Of a DNA stretch of 64,000 bases, positions 13,490 through 25,734 are shown piece after piece. The stretch comes from the human T2T-CHM13v2.0 reference genome, Homo sapiens, in the NCBI RefSeq assembly GCF_009914755.1, contig NC_060925.1. The stretch is one strand, 5' to 3'. The notes beneath the pieces were generated by a model. It saw only the letters and a list, made by a program, of their open reading frames with translations. It was not told the origin of the DNA and searched no databases. A program made the translations under genes and the position numbers. Position 1 is the stretch's first letter; every line of letters begins with the position of its first letter.

Positions 13490-14210
13490 CTGGAGCCAAG
13501 TGAAGACTGCTGTGTGAAAGACTCAGATCCAAGTAAATGTAAATATGAGTTCCATTTGGTCTTTGTTAAAAGCAGGTTTTTAAAGATAAAAGGGGCAACA
13601 CAGAGTGAGATGGTAAAAAGTTTGTTGGAAATTCTCATTGGTTTTCAAAAATAATATTTATTAATGATTGGTTATACATTGTTGGGCTGTAGGGTATGAG
13701 TAATAGCGTACAGTGTGTGGCATTATTAGGTTAATCTATAGCTACTTGTGCTGTTAGTCTAGAGTGCACATAGCAAGCAGCTTTAAGAAATAATTACTTA
13801 GCTTAATAGTCAAGGTGTAGGGAATGGGACATGTTTGCTTCTTCCTGTGTCCTTTTGGGTCTGATCATTAGAGGTAGATCACATTACTCAGATTAAAAAG
13901 TTTCTTGCCAGGTGCCATGGGTCACACCTGGAATCCCAGTATTTGGGAGGCTGAGGCAGAAGGATTGCTTAATCTCAGGAGTTTGAGACCAGTCTGGGCA
14001 CCATACTGAGACCTCATCTCTATTGAAAAAGTCAACCAGATGTAGTGGTATGTGCCCGTAGTCCCAGCTATTCTGGAGAGTGAGGTTAGAGAATTGCTTG
14101 AGCCTGAGAGATCGAGGTTGCAGTCAGCTGTGATCGCACCACTGCACTCCAACCTGGACAACAGAGCAAGATTCTGCCTTAAAAAAAAGTTTCTATTTTT
14201 TCTCATTGTT
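13490..14210 (-). mobile_element. Old ERV1 MER-group LTR (subfamily uncertain) interrupted by AluJ
   Basis: LTR-like sequence ending ...ttttttctca after the Alu; repeated attgg (CCAAT) motifs. Confidence 0.4.
13907..14188 (+). mobile_element. AluJ
   Basis: Diverged Alu dimer (ggattgcttaatctcaggag); TSD aaaagtttct on both sides. Confidence 0.9.
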
Positions 14211-14639
14211 AATAAACTATGTATTCCCAGTATGGGGCTTAGTGAGGGAGCTTTCCTATAACAATGTAGGCATAAGTACCCCAAGCATGAGCTGCCAGGC
14301 TCAGTGGAGGAGGTAAATGACAGTAGGGTTCAGCATGGGCAGTGACTCATGCAGTGAGTAGCTCTTTTGGAGCTGGCCCGTCTTACAAGGAAGTTCATAT
14401 ATGTCTCCTTAGATACACAGGCAGCTTTCTTTTGATGCCCACCTGTGTCTGGAAGCACATCTCAGTATCTGATTTGTGCTCTAAGCAGAAAACTTATCTT
14501 TAGGTTTGTCTTCAGCTGCAGAGAATGATGAGGTTGTGTAGAACCTCAGAAAGAGAGACTGTAGATTAGTGTGAGTGTGCCTTTTACTAAAAAAATGATA
14601 GGCATTCAAAGGCATTTAGCAATTTTGGAATATAAGCCA

Positions 14640-15504
14640 GTAATGCAATTCTAAGCCCCCCAACTGAATGAATGGACTTTTGGCCAAGGGAATCCCAATG
14701 AAACCTGAAAAACTAATTTAGGCTATGACAAGAAGGGAGAGAGTTAGATATGCCTCATTATAGCTTCTCCCTTTGGAGTTTAGGTACCACTGACCACCAT
14801 CAACATTAATTAAAATAGAGATCATAAAACTGACAAAACAGACTCTGTAGCAATAGCACGTCCAATTCTAACCTAATTCTGGTATAGCATCACATGACAG
14901 ACAGCAGGCCCTGAAGGAAATAAAAGTATTTTACCCCAAACTATATTTTGTTGTACATATTTTTAAATGGCCCTGCAAAACCATCTCTTGTGGAAGAAAT
15001 TTGCATTCTGTAGAGAATCTGTGTCCCTTACTAGGTCTTTTCTGGAAAGTCTGACATCTTTTAAGTTCCCATAAGAAACATTTACCATCTATTCTCTCTG
15101 AAGCGTGGTACTTAGAGACTTCATCAACATAACAAGAACTTTGGTGTCCACAACTTGCCTTGTCTTATTCACACATTTCTTTCTTCTGACTTTATAGGCA
15201 AAGCTAAATTCTTTCCAACAATTGCCAATACAAAGTCTTTGCATCCACCTATGATTTGTCAGCACCCACATATTCCACCTTTGTAGGCCAAACCAATGCA
15301 TACTTTACATGTATTGATTTATGTTTATGCCTGGAATTCATTCTCTTTAAAATGTATAAAACCAAGCTGCATCCCAACCACCTTGGGCATATGTTCTCAG
15401 AACCACTTGAGGCTGTGTCTTGAACCATGATCACTCGCGTTTGGCTCAGAATAAACTTCAAATATTTTATAGAGTTTGATAGAGTTTGGCTTCTTTCATC
15501 AACA
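14640..15504 (+). mobile_element. MER4-family ERV1 solo LTR
   Basis: attctaagccccccaactga...ccctgaaggaaataaaagtattttacccc...ggctcagaataaacttcaaatattttatagagtttg...tcaaca end. Confidence 0.8.
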
Positions 15505-15639
15505 GGAGGCATACAAAAATATTTGTCATAATTACTTATGGTAGTGAGACTTGGGTGGGGAAAGAGTTTTATTTGTATGCCTTTATTTTTTTACTATTTA
15601 TTTGTGCCATATAATGTACTATTTTTACATTTTAAAAGC

Positions 15640-15880
15640 CAAGAGAGCCCCTCCTGCCTCCATTGAGGTGGGGGTTAAGGCTGAAACCCTCTAATCACAT
15701 TGCTGGTTTCCCTGGCAACCAGCCCCCATCCTGAATTCTCTAGGAGCCCCCAGCCATCAGTCATCTCTTTAGCATACAAAAGACATTTGTCACTTCAGAC
15801 ATCCTGTGGGTTTTAGGGGCTGCATTCCAGGAAACCGGGACAGATCAATACATGCTTCTTACTATTAATATAATCACATT
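15640..15880 (-). mobile_element. MER21-like LTR 5' fragment
   Basis: ctggtttccctggcaaccagcccccatcctg...cagtcatctctttagcatacaaaagac...aatcaca. Confidence 0.55.
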
Positions 15881-16099
15881 CTTGCAATGAGGGAACCTCC
15901 AGGCTTGGCTCAGGTATGGTTCACCCTATCTATGGAGCTTTACTACACCTTCCTCCTTCCAATTAGAACCAGCCCCTCTATGTACTACAGCTCTCCTGAG
16001 CCTTCACACACATTCATAATAGTGGCAGCATGTTCTGACACTTAAAAATTCCTGAAATAATCTTAGTGTTTATTGTTTACTTCTTTATATATTTGCTCC

Positions 16100-16450
16100 T
16101 ATGGGTTCTGTGTACTTCACCACTATATTCCCAATACCAAGCATAGTGATGCCCTTGGCAGGTGCTCAGTAAGTAACTATTTAATCAGTGAATAATAGCA
16201 CTGTCTATGGAAGGAATGCAGAAAGTAGTAGGTTAGAGCAAACCTTAGCTCAGCCATTCACTATTAAGGTGACCTTGGGCAAGTCCCTGATTTTTTCTCC
16301 CTTCAGTTACCTCATCTGTGACATGGGGAATAACTAAACTTACCTGACAGGTTTGTTGGCAAGAACTTAATAAGTAAAAATTACCAAAGAGCTTCAAAGC
16401 ACTGGCTGGTATAGTGAAAATGTTCCATACATGTGAACTATTGACAGTAT
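16100..16450. mobile_element. L2 3'-end fragment followed by MIR
   Basis: ggtgctcagtaagtaactatttaatcagtgaat (L2 tail); gtgaccttgggcaagtcc...cagttacctcatctgtgacatggggaataa (MIR core). Confidence 0.7.
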
Positions 16451-17448
16451 CATTTCACTGGTCGTTGAAATTTTTTTTATCCTTCCTTTCACTCAACATT
16501 AAGCCCTGAATTTTCTCTCACTTTGTTGCATATACATAAACCATTTTTGAGTTATGTTCAATATTTTATACTAAAATTATTTAAAATGTTAATAATTAAA
16601 TACTATTAGTTGATAATTACTTTTCCTATATGCTGCATAACTTTTGTAGTACAGAAATGTTTATTTTTGAGGTAATCTACTTTATTAACCTTTTTCAATC
16701 ATACTTTTTGTACTTTTTATCCAGTTTATAAAGAGCTTTTATTCTCCGTGGAAATGAACATAGTCTTACTGTCAGGTAATAATACTAACTGCAGCATTCT
16801 TTTGCATATTCTCTCCAATCATCTGGAAGATTTGAGGTAATAATCTCATTTTATATATTTTGAATGGATAGACACATTTCTGGACTCTATGTTTCCTAAC
16901 TTTTATTAAACATTTTAAATGTATCCATTATCAGACACTCCCACTTACTTGAAATACATCTTTTTTTATATGTACTATAAGTAGTAGGTAGATGATAGGC
17001 AGAGAGATCACATGTATAGATACAGATACAGATTTAGGTAAAGGTATAGATAAAAATACTTATCTGTTTGGACAATGCTCTTTCTACAGTCATGGACAAC
17101 AATCACTTTTTACTACTTTAATTCAATACATTGAAATATTTTACATCTTATGTCTTCAAGTATATTTGCATTTCAATAACAAATACATATACAGCTGGAG
17201 GGGCAGAGCATGATGGCTGAATAGAAATCTCCACTGATGATCCCTCCACAAAGACCCCAATTTAACAACTATCTACATAAAAAAGCACCTTCATAAGAAC
17301 CAGAAATTAGGTGCATACTCAGAGTACCTGGTTTTAACTTCATATCGCTGAAAGAGATACTGAGAAATCCATTCTTGATTCAAGCATTGCCACCTCCTTC
17401 CTCATCCCCACTGAAGGCATGGCAGAGAGCATTTTTGTGCACTGCAGA

Positions 17449-18210
17449 TGTTACCGGCAGGTCTTTGTTCTTAGAGCTCCCGAGATGGTGGTGGACCACT
17501 CCCAACATGGCAGCAAGCCTTTTGTTCTCTGACCTGGGGTTGTTGGCCTCACGGATTCCAAGGAATGGAACCTTGGGCCATGCAGTGAGTGTTATAGCTC
17601 TATTAGAAGCCATGGGTCACAGAAGAGAACTGTGGAACCCAGCGACTAGTGTTCAGTTCAGTTAGGACAAACCCGGGCACTTACCCACGCAGGAACAATA
17701 GTGAGCCTCTAGCCTGATTGGGAGCGGCAGTGGGCACCTCGCTGGATCAGAAGTGCAGCAGACACCCTGCCAGATCCAGAGGGATGGAAGTCAGCAGTGG
17801 GTCTGGCACAGCAGCGATCAGCAGTGGTGGACGGCAAGTGAAAGCTCAGCTCGAGCCGCAACAAACGCGGACCGGAAGAGTGTGCAGTTGCAAAATTTAA
17901 TAGAGTGAAAACAGGGTTCCCATACAGTGGGAAGGGACCCAAAGGGGGTTGCCACTGCTGGCTTGAATGCCTGGGTTTATATCCCAATCATTGTCCCTCC
18001 CCCTGTGCTCTCAGGCAATAGATGATTGACTATTTCTTTATCTCCCACTTTTAGCCTAATTGATATTTTAGTGAGCTCTCTTTACTACCTAATTGGTTGG
18101 GTGTGAGCTGAGTTACAAGCCCCGTGTTTAAAGGTGGGTGCGGTCACCCTCCCTAGCTAGGCTTAGGAATTCTTCGTCGGCCTAGGAAATCCAGCCAGTC
18201 CTGTCTCTCA
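17449..18210 (-). repeat. HERV-W 3' LTR (LTR17)
   Basis: TG...CA termini; polypurine tract gagagggggtac immediately upstream (18211-18222). Confidence 0.95.
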
Positions 18211-18268
18211 GTACCCCCTCTCAACAGGAAAACCGAAGTGCTGTTGGGGAGGTTGGCCGACGATCGCT

Positions 18269-19112
18269 CTAACTGCTTCCTGCTGAATTGGGGCCTGGTA
18301 GGGGTTGTGCAGTTGAGATTTCCTCAGGAGGGGTTCCTTCAATGTCATCAACATTGGAGCATGGGCTAGCAGGCCGGTCCAGGGGTCCGTGGTAGATCTT
18401 AGTCATGGACTGCATCTGGGACTCCATTTGAAGAACTATTTGTAGTTTTACAGCTTTGATTTTGGAAGAGACAAACTTAACAAGGAGGTTAAAGATACAG
18501 GGATTGAAATGTATGGCCTGAAGTGCAGGGGGATGTACATCCAACAGTTAGTAGGGTTTCGGGCCAAGGCTTCATGGAGCCCAGTGAGGGTGGTATTAAA
18601 TAGGCTTACCGGGTGAGTATAGGTATGGAGGATTTCATGTAGTTTTGAGAGGTCTAGTCCTTTGTAGGGGCTAGGGGTGCTTTGTACCCTGGTCAGTTGG
18701 GAGATTGCTTCCTTTACGTGTTTTTCTCTTGCCTGATCTTGAACTCCACCCCCATCAGACATACCGGTATGGGTGAAGTAAGTCCAATAGACAGTGGCTC
18801 CAAGCCCTCCAGGACAAGTAGGATTATTTTCCCTGTCCAATAATGAGTATTTGCATGCATGCAAAGAGTGGTAGAGTTATAGTAGTTGTGGGGCATATGG
18901 GTGTGGGTGGTGAAAGTGGGGTTTCCTTTAGAAAAACTCCTATACGATGGGGCATCAATATTTCTGGGAAGCTGCATTCTCCCTAGAAGCTCTTCCTGCT
19001 GGTAGTACAGCAGTATGGAGCTACTGGTAGTACAGCAGCATGGAGGAGGTGCAGTGAGAGTGAAAGGGGGTAAGAGAACAGTAAAGAGAAAAATATGACA
19101 AGGGAGGGCCAT
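18269..19112 (-). pseudogene. HERV-W env (syncytin-1 paralog), frameshifted and internally deleted
   Basis: MALPCHIFLFTVLLPPFTLTAPPPC signal peptide; MSDGGGVQDQAREK motif in a second frame; SU joined directly to the cytoplasmic tail ...PNSAGSS*. Confidence 0.95.
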
Positions 19113-19169
19113 GGCGATCTACGATTGTAGTTACTTTCCTCACGGTTGTCGCTTAAAGAGCAGGCACAG

Positions 19170-22100
19170 ATCCTCTAGAAGTTCACAGGAATAACTAGTG
19201 TTGTCTCCTGGATTTTCTGGTTCCTTTGGCAGTATCTAGGGTTTGACTCGAATGTGATGTATCCAAGATTCTACTCCAGCCATTTTAACCGCGGTTGGGA
19301 TAGATAAAATGACTGAGTAGGGTCCTTCCCAGGATGTATCCAGGGATGGGGAGTTGGAGGGAAGGGACTTCACTAATACCATGTCACCAGGTTGGAATAA
19401 TTCCTTTCCCTCCTCTCAGGGACAGGTTCCCTGTGATGTTTTAAGAACTTGTTGATATTTGGCTAAGGAGGGATATCTGCAACTAAGTTGGCCATCTCTA
19501 GGTCAAGCACAAGGTCATTGGTTAGGAAGGGCCGTCCATACAGCATTTCGTATGGGCTGAGTCCCGCTTTTTGGGGAGAGTTTCGGATTCTTACTAAGGC
19601 TATAGGCAACAGAGCAAACCATGCGAGGTGGGTTTCTTAGGTTAGCTTTTTTAGATGTCATTTGAGCGTTTCATTCATTTTCTCAACTTTCCTGAGGATT
19701 GTGGCCTCCGGGCTCAGTGTAAGTGATATTGTATGTCTAATGTCTGGGATACTCCCTGGGTTACTGTAGCCTTGAAAGTGGGGCCGTTATCACTCTGTAA
19801 GCCTTGGGGAAGTCCAAATCTGGGAATTATTTCATGAATTAGTGCCTTTATTACCTCATGGGCCTGTTCTGTCCTACAAGGGAAGGCCTCCGCCCAACCA
19901 GTGAAAGTATCTACCCAGACTAGTAGATACTGAAATCCCTGAGATTTGGGCATGTGGGTAAAATCTAGTTGCCAGTCTTCTCCTGGGTAATGGCCTGTTC
20001 TTTTTTCTCCTGAAGGAGCTTGGCGATAAGGCAGGGGATTATTTCTTTGGCACACTTCACAGGCCCTAACTGTCTGCTTGATAGTTTTGAAAAGGTGTGG
20101 TCTAGTAAATAATGATTTGGCCATCTGATGGGTGCTATCAATGCCTAAGCGAAAGGTTTGGTGAAGGGTTTTAAGTAATTTCCATTGGTTAGCTGCAGGC
20201 AAAAGTATTTTTCCTTCTTTGGTGGCTAGCCATCCTGAGGGGAGGAAACTATGTCCTCATGAGGTTCCCCATTCCATTTCTTCTGCTGAGTATTGGGGCT
20301 TGGTTTCCTGAAGGGGATTACCCTGTACTAGGGGTCCTTCTATAAGCATTTCTAATGGAGGGTCCCGCCTTGCAGCTCTTTTGGCTTCAATATCCACTTG
20401 GCAGTTCCCTTCTATTTCCCTTTCTTTTCCTTTCTGATGATCTCGGCCATGTAAGACTGCCACCTCTAGGTTTCTGTACAGCCAGTAATAATCTCCTAAT
20501 GGCTTCCTGATGTTTGATAGGTGTTCCCTCAGAAGTTAGGAATTCCCTTTCTCTCTATATTGCTGCATGGGCATGGAGGACTAGGTAAGCATACTTGGAG
20601 TCTGTATATATATTTACTCCTTTTCCTTCTCCTGTGTTCTAGTGCCCAAGTGAGGGCTATTAATTCTGCCAGCTGAGTGCTAGTTTCTGGAGTGAGGGGA
20701 TTACTTTCAAGTATTCCATTATCACTGGCCACTGCATACCCCGCCTTTCGAAGTCCTTTTTCTACAAAGGAACTTCCATCAGTATACAAGTTGAGCTCAG
20801 GATCCGTCAAGGGAACCTCTAGAAGGTCCCCTCGAGCGGTGTAGGTTTGAACAATCACTTGTTGACAGTTATGTTCTATCTTTTCTTCATTGTCTGGAAG
20901 AAATGTGGGTGGGTTAAGAGTTGCACAAGTGCACAGTGGCAGCACTGGCCCTTCAAGTGATAGAGCCTGATATTTAAGCAAATGGTTGTCTGACAGCCAC
21001 AGTCTCCTTTAGCAGTGAGTATGCCGTTCACATCATGAGATGTCCACACAGTAAGATCTCTTCCCTGTATCATTTTAACTGCTTCAGATGCTAAGACTGC
21101 TACTGCTGCCACTACCTGTAAACAATGAGTCCAACCCTTTGCCACTACATCAGTTTCCTTACTCAGGTATGCCATGTGTTGTAAGCTGGTCCCTCGGACC
21201 TGTGTAAGGACTTCTAGAGCTATTCCTGTTTTTTTTTCTGTGACATATAAAGAAAAGTCTTGCTCCATTGGCAAGCTTAACACTGGGGCTTGGATTAGGG
21301 CCTTCTTTAGGGCCTGGAAAGCCGCTTCTGCTTCAGGTGTCCATTCTACTAAATGGGTATTGGCTTTCTGAGTTCCCGTAATTAGTGTGTATAATGGCCT
21401 GGCTATTTCATTGTACCTGGGAATCCATATTCAACAGCAGCCTTTTATGCCAAGGAACCCTCTTAATTGCTTCAGGGTTTTGGGATGAGGATAAGCCAGT
21501 ATAGGCTGGATACGTTCCTCACTGAGGGCCCTGGTGCCTTTGGATAATTTTAGCCCTAAGTATTTAACCTGCTGTAAGCAGAGCTGAGCCTCTGGTTTGG
21601 AAACCTTGTAGCCACAGGTGGCGAGGAAGTTTAAGAGCACTTGGTTGGCTTGATGGCACAAGGTTTCTGAACAGGTGGCTAAAAGTAAATCATCCACATA
21701 CCAAAGGACAAGAGTGTCCAAGTATGAGAACTGGCTCAAGTCTTGGGCTAATACCTGGCCAAATAGATGGGGGCTATCCCAACAGTCCAGGTGAGTTGAG
21801 ATATTGGGTTTGAAGGATCTTCAAAGGCAAACAAGAATTGAGAGTCAGGATGTACAGGGATGCAGAAAAAGGCAACCTTAAGGTCCAGGACTGTAAACCA
21901 CTCTGCTTCCTTTGGTATTTGGAAAAGCAAAGTGTAAGGGTTAGGTGCAGCTGGGTATAGAGGGACAACAGCCTCATTGATGATCCTGAGATCTTGCACT
22001 AACCTCCACTGTCCATTGGGTTTCTGTACATTGGAGTATTGCAGGGGCTATTGCATGGTTTTACTAGGCCTTGGGCTTTTAGGTCCTTAACAATCTTTTG

Positions 22101-22600
22101 GAGTCCTTCTTGTGCCTCGGGTCTAAGGGGGTACTGCCTTTGGTAGGGAAAGGAGGTGGAATCCTTCAGTTTAACTTGAAGGGAATGGGCATTCTTTACT
22201 CGTCCATATTGTCCTTCTGTTGCCCAGACTTCAGGATTAATTCCTTCCTCAAGTAGGGGACAACAAATGGGTGTTCCTTCTCCTATGTTCAGGTGTATAA
22301 TGGCCCCTGCTTTTGCTAGAATGTCTCTCCCTAACAAAGGAGTGGGCCTTTCAGGCATAATTAGAAAGGCATGTGAAAAGAGTAAAGTTACCCAGTCACA
22401 ACTTAGTGACTGGGAGAAGTATCTAGTGACTGCATGTCCTAGGACCCCTTGGATAGTGACAGATCTGGAGGACAGTTGTCTGGGACAGGAGAGTAAGACT
22501 GAGAAGGCCGTGCCAGTGTCCAGGAGACAGTTAACCTCCAGGCCTTCAATGGTTAAGCATACCTGGGGCTCTGTGAGGGTGATGGCATGGGCCGGCGCTT
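19170..22600 (-). pseudogene. HERV-W pro-pol (protease, RT, RNaseH, integrase), disrupted
   Basis: PTPLLGRDIL; QDLRIINEAV; WYVDDLLL; YTDGSS; WQLDFTHMP and LQSDNGP; split over at least 7 ORFs. Confidence 0.95.
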
Positions 22601-22619
22601 GCCCCGGGAACCCTCATTC

Positions 22620-24078
22620 CTGCTGCTGGATCATCTGGTTAGTGGCTTCTGACTCAGAGGACCTTCATACCCTGGGGTGCGGTGGGCCTTCCAGTGATTC
22701 CCTTGACATAAGGGGCATGGACAAGGGGGTGGCTTATTTTTATTCGGACAATCTTTTTAATATGTCCTTGCAGACCGCACTGGAAGCAAGCCCTATTAGG
22801 CATTCAATTTGCCCAGCCTTTCCCTTTTCCAGAGCCACCAAAGTCCACTTGCCTGAGGGCCATGACTAAAGTGATGGCCTTTTTTTTTTTTAATCCCATT
22901 CGTCCCATTCCACCTTTTTTCTCCTGATCTCTATTATAAAAAACTGAGTTTGCCAAGTTCACTAGGGTTTCTAAGTTTTGCTCCGGGTCTAAGGCAAACT
23001 TTTGAAGTTTTTTTCTAATGTCTGCAGCTGACTGAGTGATAAACTTATCCTTTAAGATTAGTTGGCCTTCAATAGAGTCAGGTGACAGAGAGGTATGCTT
23101 CCTCAATGCCTCCCTTAGTCTCTCCAGAAAGGCAGTAGGATTTTGTTCCTTTCCCTGTGTTATAGTGGACATCATTGAATAATTCTTAGGCTTCTTCCTA
23201 GTTTTCCTTAGTCCTTCTAGCTTGCAAGTTAGCAAATGTCTGCAGCACCAATCTCCATGTTCTGATTCTGCATCCCAATGGGGGTCTACACTGGAAACTG
23301 CCTGCTGGCCTGTGGGGGAATTGTTCTCTTTCCTCTGTTGTCATCCTGTCATTGACCTGACTGAGATACCGGAGATCACCAAACTCTTGGGCTGCAGTTA
23401 TGGCAGCACTTCTCTCATTTGGGGTTAGCATCTGATCTAGCAATAACATTATATCTCTCCATGTCAGATCAAAGGATTGCCCTAACCCTTGTAAAACATC
23501 AGTATAGCCATCAGGGTTATCTGAGAATTTACCTGGGTCTATTTTAATTTGCTTCAAGTCTGAGAGGGAAAAAGGTACATGCACTCTGACTGGGCCAAAT
23601 TCTCCTCCTCCCACTGCTTGGAGGGGACATAATCAGGGAATACTGGCACACTTTGGTTCATTGTTTACACCTTTATCTATCTGCTTTTGGACCATTTGGG
23701 TTGAAGGGGGGTCCTTATTAGTTGGGGAAGGAGCCAGGGGAATGCTGAGGTAAGGAGGTAGACTCTGAGAGCTTCCTGTAGGGCATAAATTACACTTTTT
23801 ACATAATTGTGAGTTGTCTCTTAATGAAAAGAAAGTTTGAACATATGGCACTTCACTCCATTTGCCCTCTTCTACAAAAGAGGTCTAGCTGTAAGATGGT
23901 GTTACAATTTATACTTCCCTCAGGAGGCCAGGTTTCTCCCCTTGAAGAGGATATTGTGGTCAGGCAGTGCTGCAGAGGAATATAAGTTGTTTCTTTCTTA
24001 GCGTCTGAGGGTCAAATTGGCCCAATTCTCCAGAATACATCTTAGGGGCGTTTTTGCCTTGGAGGGAACGTTTCCCAT
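22620..24078 (-). pseudogene. HERV-W gag, disrupted
   Basis: ATG at 24078 (MGNVPSKAKTPLRCILENW); VHVPFSLSDLKQIK; QGKEQNPTAFLERLREAL major homology region. Confidence 0.93.
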
Positions 24079-25714
24079 CTGAAAAAAGGACATAGGGATG
24101 CCAGTACCCCTAGTCATTTTCCGATGAGCATTAGTCCTAGAGCATCCTCTATGGTCTTAATGCTTATTCATTTCCAGGGTGCGTAACCACCCATGGACCT
24201 CTGCTTATCGGATTAGTTATGCTCACCAATATAACAGTCCTGCACCCATTTTCCCACCTTTCTTGACCACAAAGAAAGGGGTCTGGGCTACTGGATTCTA
24301 GTGATCCTTTACCAGTGTGCCCAACATTGCCTTTGCACTCAGGGATGAGTTCTAGAGTTGGGCTGTGTTCCTGAGTATTTCATAACAACCCAATTGCCCC
24401 ATCAAGGTGCATTCCCATAAACAACAGTTCCTATGCAAATTCGTTTCAGAGAGGGTGTAGGTAACCTTTTGAGTCAGGATTGAGCTAGAGTTTTTGCCCA
24501 CTAGGGCCTTTGTCCTTCTTTTCCTTTGTAGGAATATGCCCTAATTATTGATCTTAAACTTTTTGTTGCCCCAGATTAAGTCCTTTTGGGTATGAAATAT
24601 GACAGATGGATCCTACTTATCCTATGTGCCTTTTTCCTGCGAGAAGGAGAATGAGGAGAAAAAGATGGGCTTGCTGGTTTTTATGTGCTAAAGTCCAGTT
24701 GTTAAACTTCTGGGCGCCATGTTGTCCTTCCAGTGGTATTGACTTATGTAGGATCACTAGGCAAAGCTGTGAGAGAGATAATTCCTCTCTTGGCAGATGG
24801 ATTTTGGGAACACAGTGGAAGGACGTTTGCTCATTGCCCCCATTTGCCACTATAGGAGTATGCACCTCACTTTAGACCTAGTTCCAGTTGTTAAAGTACT
24901 GGGTCATCAGTTCTAAGGCCCTGGCCAAGGAGCCAAGGCTTGGAGATTGTATTGCAGAGGGGTAAGCTGGGTAGAAATTGGGGGAGTAGAGCACCTTACA
25001 CAATGGGAGAGCAATCTTCCTAGCCATTTACAAACTTTGGGCCCTGGCAAGGGTGGTGGGGAATGGGTCCCACATAACTGCCTATGTCAAGAGCTGTGTA
25101 CCTAAATTGGGAGGGACACCAGGGGAAAGACTCCCTGGGTTCATAGCCTAGTGCCTAAGGATGCAGTGTAGAGCTTCCTTAGATCCCTTTGAAGTTACAA
25201 ATTGCTCTAATACTTGGGAGAGGAAGTGAAAGTCTGACGCATTAGTACCTAGGAGGCAGGGGTCGGAGGAAGTAGATTCAGAGGTAAGGAGAATTTTGGG
25301 GCTACGCTTTCAAGAAAGTCGTGGCTGGGACCTAGGAGGTATGGGTCAAAAGGAGAGGTAGGGGCACATGCATGGGCGACTGTTGAGTAGAGGCTTCTGG
25401 CTTTGCCATGATCTCGACCGGCCAATGCTGTGAGTTCGGGACAACAGCTTTCTGCCTCTAGTCGGCCCTCGGCTTCCCCCAGGAATATTGTGAAAGTGGA
25501 AGCTAGTTCCAGGGAGATCAACGCTCCCAACCCAGAAGGGTTGGGAGTTAGAAAGCCTTTTCCCAGAAAGCCTAACACTGAGTCTTGAGTCTGGCAGCCA
25601 CGCTGATCGTTTTTAACCAGCTGACAGGTGCCTGGTATTTTCCTCCGATTCTAAGGAAGGATAGGACAGAATAGCAAGCGAAAATCGTCCAATATTACTC
25701 ACTGCTTTGGAGAA

Positions 25715-25732
25715 TCCCTGTATGGGCTACCA
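25715..25732 (-). promoter_or_regulatory. Primer binding site, best match tRNA-Ile(AAT)
   Basis: Minus strand TGGTAGCCCATACAGGGA 2 nt from the LTR end; 15/18 to recalled tRNA-Ile complement TGGTGGCCCGTACGGGGA. Confidence 0.7.
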
Positions 25733-25734
25733 AA

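Noticed and set aside
18269-19112. Identification as ERVW-1 (syncytin-1)
   Set aside because: Frameshifted, TM deleted, and keeps the 12 nt absent from syncytin-1
22267-22869. 200-aa plus-strand ORF within HERV-W
   Set aside because: Antisense to gag-pro, with no independent coding signal
25715-25732. tRNA gene at the tRNA-like 18-mers (also 34143-34160)
   Set aside because: Only 3'-end complements next to LTRs, i.e. retroviral PBSs; no cloverleaf or A/B boxes
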